A DNA stretch of 8,184 bases from Octopus sinensis (taxonomy: Eukaryota): NCBI RefSeq assembly GCF_006345805.1, contig NW_021828520.1:1-8184 (forward strand), written 5' to 3'. Positions 1 through 8,008 of this stretch are shown here, one piece after another. Both the position numbers and the translations under genes were made by a program. Each line of letters opens with the position of its first letter. The first letter of the stretch is position 1. A model generated the notes under the pieces. That model was given only the letters and a program-made list of their open reading frames with translations. It was not told the origin of the DNA and did not search any database.

Positions 1-40
1 AATATATACAAATATATATATATATATATAATATATATAT
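1..40. repeat. (TA)n microsatellite, degenerate
   Basis: Direct reading: alternating TA with occasional A/C interruptions up to the LINE boundary at ~41. Confidence 0.95.
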
Positions 41-108
41 AAAGCCATAAAAAGCAATCAAATAAACCAAATCACCAAAACATTAAAACCATCCACTCTC
101 GCCTCAAC

Positions 109-795
109 ATTTCTGCTAATGCCCAAGGCATCAGCCCTTCCACCAATACACAAAAATGGAAGATAAGATTCCTGGAGGACTGGGTCGAGGCCCATCCAAA
201 CAACATCCCTTTCTTCGTCCTCACTGAAACCATCTTAGTGACCTCCACTTGGAAGCCGAGGTGAAAGTTAAAAATTTCAAAACCTTCGTGCTGATCGTGC
301 TGGCAGAAGAAGGGTGGGACTGCCATTTATGTCCATGATTCATTCTCAACAGAAGCCATGAACATATTTTCCAATGGATAATGCGAAGCAGTCACTGTAT
401 TCAGTCAAACCAACAACTTAACAGTAGTTGGGCTCTACAGACCACCCCAAACGCCCCTACCATGCTTCAAGGAATGCCTCAACAGCATAAAGTGTTTCAT
501 TCAGCAGTGTCAACCTGACAACATTTTAATGATGGGAGACTTCAACCTTCCCGGGGTTGACTGGTCTACAAACAGTCTGCCGCCAGGTTCTGCTCTCTCA
601 ACCCCTGACAGGGAGGCAGTGGAATCGCTTCTTGACTTCATGGATGACTTCTTCTTGTCCCAACTAGTACTCGAACCAACGAGATGTCACAAAAACGTCT
701 TAGACTTAATTTTCAGCAATCACACTGATACTATCCACAATATTGCAGTGGAGAAAACCCTACTCTCTGACCATGACATGGTTCTCTGTGATCTG
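109..795 (+). pseudogene. APE (apurinic/apyrimidinic-type) endonuclease domain of LINE ORF2, frameshifted
   Basis: Hand translation: ISANAQG (109), FFVLTET (frame 1, ~211-231), HLSDLHLEAEVKVKNFKTF (frame 3), RADRAGRR (frame 2), GGTAIYV (frame 1), stop TAA 379, VGLYRPP, MGDFN (532), LDLIF, SDH (766-774). These are the canonical APE motifs in the correct order. Confidence 0.92.
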
Positions 796-1502
796 AGATT
801 TCACTGGCCAAAATGCAAAACAAATGTCATCCCTCCTGTTCATCCATTTGACACTATGGATTTCCACAATGCAAACTGGGAAGCGATCAATAATGATCTT
901 GCACAAGTCGATTGGTCCTTCACGCACACATACACACCTACTAACATCAAAAAGTCCTGGCAGTCACTTGTAGACACCATCACAAACATATGTGCAAGAC
1001 ACACCCCATTAAGATCTGCAAACAAATCTAAGTGTCGAATCCCTAGAAATAGAAAATCTCTCATAAGGAAAATTAAAAGAATTAACAAAAAGATCAACAT
1101 GCTGAAATACTGTCAACAGCAACACACCAACCTGACTGCCATCTCGTCGCTAGAGATTAAAAAACATAAACTCCAAAACAACATGATGTCTATCATCAAT
1201 AGTCAGCGAAGAGCTGAAGAGGCCTGGGCCATTGAGAAGATCAAACTCAATCCCAAAGTGTTCTTTTCATTTGCAAAAAAAAACACAGAGTCACTGGTTC
1301 TACTGTTGGCCCTCTGATTGATGAAAATGGTACTCTTCAAGACAATGCCAAAACCATGGGAGAGATATTGCAAAAACAATATTGCTCTGTTTTCAGCAAT
1401 CCTGATATGACTGATCTGGGCTGAATCAGTGATGTTACTCCCTAATACACTTTATCGGACATAACATTTGGCACTCCTGATGTCTTAGCAGCAATAAAGG
1501 AA

Positions 1503-3050
1503 ATGAAGCATAATTCAGCAGTAGGTCCCGATAGGTTCCCTGCTTGTGTCCTGAAGACGTGTCAAAACCAACTTGCACCTCCTCTAGCCAATCTGTGGCG
1601 GAACTCACTGGATGCTGGATATATACCAGAAGACCTTCTATCCCAGTCTGTTGTCCCAGTTTTCAAAAAAGGAAACAAATCGCTTGCCGTGAATTACCGT
1701 CCAATCTCACTCACCTCTCATATCATCAAGGTATTTGAGAGGGTGCTGAGATCGCGTATGACTCACTTCCTTGAGAGTCATAATATGGTGAACCCCAACC
1801 AGCATGGATTCCGTAATGGGAGAGATTGCCTGAAACAGCTACTGCATCATTTTGATGACGTTTTGAGAGCCTTGGGAGAAGGTTCCAACACTGATGTCAT
1901 CTACCTTGATTTCAGCAGGCCTTTGACAGGGTTGATCATAAGATCCTTCTGAGAAAGCTGTCCAATATTGGTATCACTGGAAAGCTGCTGCAGTGGATCA
2001 AGTGCTTCCTGTCTAACAGAACCCAACATGTTGTAGTCGAAGGAGTCAAATCCAGCCAGCCAAAGTCAGCAGTGGTGTCCCACAAGGCACTGTTGTTGGG
2101 CCCACTTCTCTTCATCATCTACATAAATGATATTACTGACACCATCAAACACAATAACATCAGAACCTTCGCTGATGATTCCAAGCTCCAGAAGGTCATC
2201 AATGGCGTGGATGACCGAATAAACCTTCAGTCAGACCTACTGGCTGTTGTCCAATGGGCGGAAAAGAATAACATGTTGCTAAATGAAGACAAATTTGAAC
2301 TGATCCACTTTGGAAGAGAGGACGCTCTGAAACTCCCATATTCTCTTCCTTCTGGAGAAATTCTCATGGCATCCAACAACATCAGAGACCTGGGAGTAAC
2401 AGTGGACAACATATTCTGGGCTACACATATAAGCAGCAAAGTTGACATGGCCCGCAGAATGTGTTCCTGGATTCTCAGAACCTTCCAGTCGAGAGATTCC
2501 CACGCTATTATCCTTCTCTTCTCCACTTTTGCCCGACCCCACCTTGAATACTGCTGTCCACTGTGGTCTCCCTACACAAAACAAAATATTATGAGAATTG
2601 AAGCTCCCCAAAGGTCAATCACAAAAAAGATAGATGGCATGTCAGACCTTGACTACTGGGGTAGACTAGAGAAGCTGAAATTGTATTCACTCCAACGACG
2701 CCGTGAAAGCTACATTATCTGTATGATGTGGAAAATATTCCATCAGCACTGACCGAATGATGTTGGCATCACCTTCAAAATCCATCCAAGGCTTGGACCA
2801 CGTGCCATCCGTCCACAACAAAAATCTAAATAGCATCACATAACGACAATACGGCACAACTATTTCACCTCAATTGGACCTGCTCTCTTCAACATTACAC
2901 CAGGACACGTCAAAAAAGAAACTGACCACACAAAATTCAAGTAGTCTTTGGACAAATTCCTTCAAACAGTACCGGACAAACCCCACACCCGGATATGTCT
3001 CCGCAAACAATAACTCTCTGCTCGAATGGGCCTTGGTGCCCAAATCCTGA
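1503..3050 (+). pseudogene. Reverse transcriptase and C-terminal domain of LINE ORF2, frameshifted with stops
   Basis: GPD, PVFKKG, NYRPISL, QHGFR, YLDFS (frame 3). Frameshift at ~1917 to AFDRVDH (frame 2). SGVPQG in frame 1 at 2071-2088, LGPLLF, FADD at 2168-2179, RDLGV. In-frame stops at 2750, 2831, 2942 (and upstream at 1422, 1443). Reconstructed end ...PGYVSANNNSLLEWALVPKS with TGA at 3048-3050. Confidence 0.93.
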
Positions 3051-3135
3051 ACTGAAAGACTTCGCCAGGTGGTGCTATTAAGTTAGACAATGGCCTGGCC
3101 AATACTGGCCAAAACCTTTCTAAGTTATTCTAATT

Positions 3136-3183
3136 ATATAATATATATACATATATATATATACATACATATATATATGTATA

Positions 3184-3238
<55 letters not shown>

Positions 3239-3259
3239 TATATATATATATACATATAC

Positions 3260-3290
<31 letters not shown>

Positions 3291-3369
3291 ATACATAATA
3301 AATATATATACATATATATATATATACATATATAATACATATATATATACACATATATATATACATATT
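3136..3369. repeat. (TA)n/(TACA)n microsatellite
   Basis: Direct reading. Confidence 0.97.
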
Positions 3370-3492
3370 ATCATCATCATCATCATCATTTAGCGTCCGT
3401 TCTACATGCTAGCATGGGTTGGACGGATCAACTGGGGTCTGTGAAGCTGGAAGGCTTCATCAGGCCCAGAAAGATCTGGCAGTGTTTCTACA
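3370..3492 (-). mobile_element. RTE-clade LINE 3' terminal fragment, copy 1 (~120 bp) with (ATG)6 tail
   Basis: (CAT)6 at 3372-3389 followed by sequence alignable to 4361-4485 and 5462-5588. The longest copy is contiguous with RTE ORF2 coding sequence. Confidence 0.85.
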
Positions 3493-3558
3493 CATATATA
3501 TATACATATATATATATATACATATATATACATACATATATATATACATATATATACA

Positions 3559-3590
<32 letters not shown>

Positions 3591-3608
3591 CATATACATA
3601 TATATACA

Positions 3609-3640
<32 letters not shown>

Positions 3641-3641
3641 C

Positions 3642-3687
<46 letters not shown>

Positions 3688-3940
3688 ACATATACATATC
3701 ATACATACATATATATACATATACATATATATACATATATATACTATATATGCACATATATATAATATATATATACATATATATGCACATATATATAAAT
3801 ATATATACAGATATACATATATATATACCATATATACATATATATATACATATATACATATATATATACATATATACATATATATATAACACATATATAC
3901 ATATATATATACATATATACATATATATATATATCTATAC

Positions 3941-3975
<35 letters not shown>

Positions 3976-4250
3976 CATATATATATACATATAGATATAC
4001 ATATATACATACATATATATATACATACAATATACATATATATATATACATATAATATATATATACACATATATATATACATATATAAATATATATATAC
4101 ATATATATATATACATATATACATATATATATATACATATATACATATATATATATACATATATACATATATATATATACATATATATATATACATATAT
4201 ACATATATATATACATATATATATATATACATATATATACATATAATATA
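3493..4250. repeat. Long degenerate (TA)n/(TACA)n microsatellite
   Basis: Direct reading. Source of the poly-YI ORFs. Confidence 0.97.
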
Positions 4251-4358
4251 AAATATTATTTGAGATAAAACCACTATTTTGCAAAACAAACAAGGAAAGA
4301 CTTAATCAATACATAAAATTTAATAAATAGTCTACATATATATACATATAATATATAT

Positions 4359-4605
4359 ATCATCATCATCATCATCATCGTTTAACGTCCGTTTTCCGCG
4401 CTAGCACGGGTTGGACGGTTTCGACCGGGGTCTGGGGAGCTAGGGACTGCCCCAGGCTCCAGTCTAGTCTGGCAGTGTTTCTACAGCTGGATGCCCTTCC
4501 TAACGCCAACCACTCCGCGAGTGTAGTGGGTGTTTTTTACGTGCCACCTGCACAGGTGCCAGGCGGGTCTGGCATCGGCCACGTTCGGATGGTGCTTTTT
4601 ATGTG
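4359..4605 (-). mobile_element. RTE-clade LINE 3' terminal fragment, copy 2 (~245 bp), diverged subfamily
   Basis: (CAT)6 at 4361-4378. Alignable to copy 3 through GGATGCCCTTCCTAACGCCAACC and GTGCTTTTTATGT. Homology ends at the G-run at ~4605. Confidence 0.85.
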
Positions 4606-4650
4606 GGAGGGGGGGGGGCAGAAATATAGGGGAGCACCAGTGGGGAGGGG
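4605..4650 (+). other. G-quadruplex-forming motif
   Basis: GGG(4605-7), G10(4609-18), GGGG(4629-32), GGGG(4642-45), GGGG(4647-50): five G-tracts with loops of 10 nt or less. Formation not tested. Confidence 0.55.
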
Positions 4651-5031
4651 TGGTTCAGAGAAATGATGACAGGTTCTAGGCAAGTAGAGCGTAGGATATC
4701 AAGAGAGGGGTAATGCATGGTGAAATAGCGTATTGAAGAGGGGGGTTCGAAGAGTAGACACCTATAATGGTGGTGGGAGAAGCGACATCCGGTATAGATG
4801 GAGCAAAAATATAGAGATATCCGGTATTGTGGTGGGGTGGAAAAGGCAGGTGCACCGGAATATGACGGGCTGGCTTAAAATGCTCTTAGCAAAGGAAGAG
4901 GGCGGATGGCAGACAGCGTAAAAGAGGGAGAGAGAGAGAGAAGGGAAATAGCGGAACCCCGCGGAAATGGGCCGCCACTGAAAAAAGCCCCTGTATGGAG
5001 AAATAATATGCAATACGAGGCGAAGCTGAAA

Positions 5032-5067
<36 letters not shown>

Positions 5068-5090
5068 GTAATATAATAAATAAATAATAA
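4606..5090 (+). mobile_element. Unassigned purine-rich segment ending in (TAA)n; possible 3' UTR of another non-LTR element
   Basis: Strong G/A skew on +, no recognisable coding motif, GC hairpin at 4951-4975 and a terminal (TAA)n tract. Element identity is inference only. Confidence 0.3.
5031..5090. repeat. (AAT)n microsatellite
   Basis: About 10 perfect AAT units at 5037-5066 with degenerate edges. Confidence 0.95.
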
Positions 5091-5166
5091 CAGCTCAACT
5101 ACAACGTTAGATTAGAAAGACTCTCTTATCTTGGGAACATTTCGTTCTTCGGCCTGACACGGTGAA

Positions 5167-5170
5167 TATA

Positions 5171-5225
<55 letters not shown>

Positions 5226-5337
5226 CATATACATATATATACATATATATACATATATATACATAATATATATATATAATATATTACATATAATATACAT
5301 ATATAATATATATATATAATATATATATACATATATA

Positions 5338-5406
<69 letters not shown>

Positions 5407-5460
5407 TATATCACATATATATACATATACATATATATATATACTATATATATATATATA
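5167..5460. repeat. (TA)n/(TACA)n microsatellite
   Basis: Direct reading. Confidence 0.97.
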
Positions 5461-5799
5461 TCATCATCATCATCATCATCATTTAGCGTCCCGTTTTCCA
5501 TGCTAGCATGGGTTGGACGGTTTACTGGGAGTGGGGTCTGTGAAGCCAGAAGCTTCATCAGGCCCAGTCAAATCAGGCAGTGTTCTACGGCTGGATGCCC
5601 TTCCTAACGCCAACCACCTCCGTGTGTAGTGGGAGTGGGGTGCTTTTTACGTGCCACCCGCACTGGTGTCAGACAGAGCTGGCAAACGGCCACGAACGGA
5701 TGTGCTTTTTATGTCACCGGCACGAGGGCCAGGCGAGGCTGGCAACGGACACGAAACGGGGCGGTGCTGGCAACGGTCGCGAAACGGAAAGTTCTTTTA

Positions 5800-5990
5800 C
5801 ATGCCACCGGCCTGGTAACACATCTGCAATTTCCATTGATCGATTTCGATTCTGATCCTCACTTCCTCAATGAGTCTTCACAAGCAGAGTTTCGACATGC
5901 CACCGGCACTGGTAGCACATCCGCAATTTCCATTGATCGATTTCGATTCTGATCCTCACTTGCCTCAACACGTCTTCACAAGTAGAGTTT
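5800..5990. repeat. Tandem duplication with ~96-bp unit inside the RTE 3' UTR
   Basis: CATGCCACCGG starts at 5800 and 5896. Both units share GCAATTTCCATTGATCGATTTCGATTCTGATCCTCACTT and GTCTTCACAAG.AGAGTTT, with roughly ten differences. Confidence 0.9.
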
Positions 5991-6061
5991 TGTGTCCAAG
6001 AAGGGAAGGTATGCATACGTAGGCTGGCTCCATCCCATGTAGAAGGCCACGGGTTGTGGAC

Positions 6062-6508
6062 TCACTTGTCCTGCTGGGTCTTCTCGCGCACAGCACACTT
6101 CCAGAGGTCTCGGTCTCTAGTCATTTCCTCAGTGAGACCTAAAGTTCGAAGGTCGTGCTTCACCACTCGTCCAGGTTTTCCTGGGTCTGCCTCTTCCACA
6201 GGTTCCCTCACCGCTAGGGTGTGGCACTTTTTCACACAACTATCTCATCCATTCTCGCCACATGACCATACCAGCGCAAACGTCTCTCTTGCACACCACA
6301 ACTGATGCTTCTTAGGTCCAGCTTTTCTCTCAAGGTACTTACACTCTGGCCGAGTGTGAGTACCGGCATACAACATCCATCGGAGCATACTGGCTTCATT
6401 TCTAGCGAGCTTACGCATATCCTCAGCAGTCACGCCATGTTTCACTGCCATGTAGCATGGCTGTTCGTACAACGCATCATACAGTCTGCCTTTCACTCTG
6501 TGTGAGAG
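6062..6508 (-). pseudogene. RTE ORF2 C-terminal (post-RT) region, frameshifted
   Basis: Reconstruction across frameshifts: [44 protein letters not shown]...SVSTLREKLDLRSISCGVQERRLRWYGHVARM..SCVKKCHTLAV.GTCGRGRPRKTW..VVKHDLRTLGLTEEMTRDRDLWK...stop. YGSETW-, RLRWYGHV.RM- and RGRPRKTW-type motifs are hallmarks of RTE-clade ORF2. Confidence 0.92.
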
Positions 6509-6510
6509 GC

Positions 6511-6538
6511 ATATATATATGTATATATATAACATATA

Positions 6539-6579
<41 letters not shown>

Positions 6580-6895
6580 ATATACATACATATATATATA
6601 TATATATGTACATATATATATATACATATAATATATACATATACATATATATACATATAATATATATATATACATATATATATAATACATTAATATATAA
6701 TACAATATATATAATAACATATAATATATATATATAAATATAATATATATATATACATATATATATATTACATATAATATATATATATACATATTACATA
6801 TAGCATATAATATATATAGATATTACATATATACATTACATATAATATATATATTATATACATATATACATATAATATATATATATATACATATA

Positions 6896-6926
<31 letters not shown>

Positions 6927-6948
6927 CTATATATATATACTATATAAT

Positions 6949-6982
<34 letters not shown>

Positions 6983-7057
6983 CTATATATATATATATAT
7001 ACATATATACATATATATATAATATATATATATAATATATATATATACATATATATA
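6511..7057. repeat. (TA)n/(TACA)n microsatellite
   Basis: Direct reading. Confidence 0.97.
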
Positions 7058-7156
7058 TTGATAAAACGGTAAGATAACAAAAGAAAGAAAGAGACCTCAA
7101 TATTATGTAAATAGAGGAAATTTATCTATACAATATGTTACATTACTCGGTAGTCA

Positions 7157-7226
7157 AGATAAAACTCTGAGTTTCAGATTTCAGATGCCGAAGTGGAAAT
7201 CCACAACACCATCTCTTCGGTTATCT
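7157..7226 (-). ncRNA. Second copy of the hammerhead-like motif in the inverted arm, with a 7-nt duplication of TCTGAAA
   Basis: Reverse complement reads AGATAA-CCGAAGA-GATGGTGTTGTGG-ATTT-CCACTTCGGCATC-TGAAA-TCTGAAA-CTCAGAGTT-TTATCT. Confidence 0.5.
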
Positions 7227-7403
7227 GGCTATTTGAAAACGTTATGAAAAAATACCGTTAAAAATGAAGGGAAATTACTCTGTTATAACTCTGCTTTGCC
7301 TGCATACTTATACATCGCTCGCGTTTTTCATCATAAAAATTATATAAAAATACATAAAAATATATAAAAATATATAAAATCTTCTTGGGACATAACACAG
7401 AAA

Positions 7404-7868
7404 GACACCGTTTCGACGAAGAAATACGTGGGCCTGACAGAGGGTAATTTCAAGGCCAGGTTCAATAACCACACTTTGAGCTTTAGGCACTGGAACAAAA
7501 GAAAAGCGACACAATTATCCAATCATATTTGGTCTTTAAGAGATAAAGGTGTCGATTATAACATACAATGGAAGATTTTGGCCAGATGTAAGCCCTACAC
7601 TAACGGCAGCGGAAGGTGCGGTTTATGCGACATGGAGAGATGGCTTATCTGGAAAAGCAGCTTAGACCCTACCACATGTCTAAATACAAGGACAGAGCTT
7701 TTCGGATCATGCCCACATGTGACTAAATTTCTGTTACGTTTTTGTCCCCTAAAGAAAACGGATAGAACATGCTTTTCTGTGTTATGTCCCAAGAAGATTT
7801 ATATATTTTTATATATTTTTATGTATTTTTATATAATTTTTATGATGAAAAACGCGAGCGATGTATAA
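7404..7868 (+). pseudogene. GIY-YIG (Uri-type) endonuclease of a PLE, N-terminally truncated
   Basis: DTVSTKK-YVG-LTEGNFKARFNNH (YIG motif at 7425-7433 with downstream conserved R and H), TQLSNHIW, WKIL, RCGLC..E, LNTRTEL..CPH..KFLL. The GIY half is missing. The tail after KFLLRF probably runs into UTR (removing one T at 7738-7743 gives RFVP-stop at 7750-7752; inference). Confidence 0.85.
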
Positions 7869-7945
7869 GTACGCAGGCAAAGCAGAGTTATAACAGAGTA
7901 ATTTCCTCATTTTTAACGGTATTTTTCATAACGTTTCAAATAGCC

Positions 7946-8008
7946 AGATAACCGAAGAGATGGTGTTGTGGATTTACACTTCGGCATCTGAAACTCAGAG
8001 TTTTATCT
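7946..8008 (+). ncRNA. Variant minimal type I hammerhead-ribozyme-like motif
   Basis: Stem I AGATAA(7946-51)/TTATCT(8003-08); core CCGAAGA(7952-58); stem II 7959-7988; extra T 7989; GAAA(7990-93); quasi-palindromic stem III ACTC-A-GAGT(7993-8001); triplet GTT(8000-02). Departs from consensus at U4 (C here) and by the extra T. Confidence 0.6.

Larger units (their letters stand above)
41..3135 (+). mobile_element. 5'-truncated non-LTR retrotransposon (LINE), CR1/L2 group of the Jockey superfamily, decayed
   Basis: Continuous APE-RT-C-terminal ORF2 homology from ~109 to 3050, then a short 3' UTR ending in TTCTAA repeats, with TA microsatellite on both sides. The C-terminal RPHLEYCCPLWSPY and LYSLQRRRE motifs are typical of CR1-group ORF2. 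No ORF1 seen. The exact clade needs an RT phylogeny. Confidence 0.9.
5461..6510 (-). mobile_element. RTE-clade LINE, 5'-truncated copy 3 (~1.05 kb): ORF2 C-terminus, ~600-nt 3' UTR, (ATG)7 tail
   Basis: Coding remnant at 6508-6062, UTR at 6061-5483, (CAT)7 at 5462-5482. Confidence 0.9.

Noticed and set aside
72-2611. Antisense and alternate-frame ORFs over the LINE (72-326, 840-1100, 1544-1738, 1936-2118, 2227-2526, 2279-2611)
   Set aside because: Shadow frames of the APE-RT sequence with no recognisable motifs.
1422-2752. In-frame TGA codons (1422, 2750) in the LINE as selenocysteine or readthrough
   Set aside because: They coexist with TAA/TAG stops (379, 1443, 2831, 2942) and frameshifts; ordinary decay explains them.
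3439-3463. CTGATGA plus hairpin on the - strand of RTE copies 1 and 3, resembling a hammerhead core
   Set aside because: The hairpin is followed by CAC rather than GAAA, there is no stem I/III, and copy 2 has CTGGGGC at this position.
3120-4293. Long Tyr/Ile/Met/His-rich ORFs (also 5112-5342, 6457-6792, 7960-8181)
   Set aside because: Translations of TA/TACA microsatellite that lack stops in some frames; no coding complexity.
5140-5152. CCGAAGA-AC-GAAA on the - strand, similar to the PLE ribozyme core
   Set aside because: No room for stem II and no complementary stem I after a cleavage triplet.
4475-5952. Short ORFs 4475-4666, 4733-4921, 4762-5013, 4886-5098, 5580-5855, 5629-5952
   Set aside because: They lie in UTR-like or low-complexity sequence. 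The repeated SAISIDRF peptide merely reflects the 96-bp duplication.
7835-7870. Possible SECIS (ATGA...AA...GA) downstream of the GIY-YIG fragment
   Set aside because: No helix between the putative quartet halves, and no in-frame TGA in the retained ORF.
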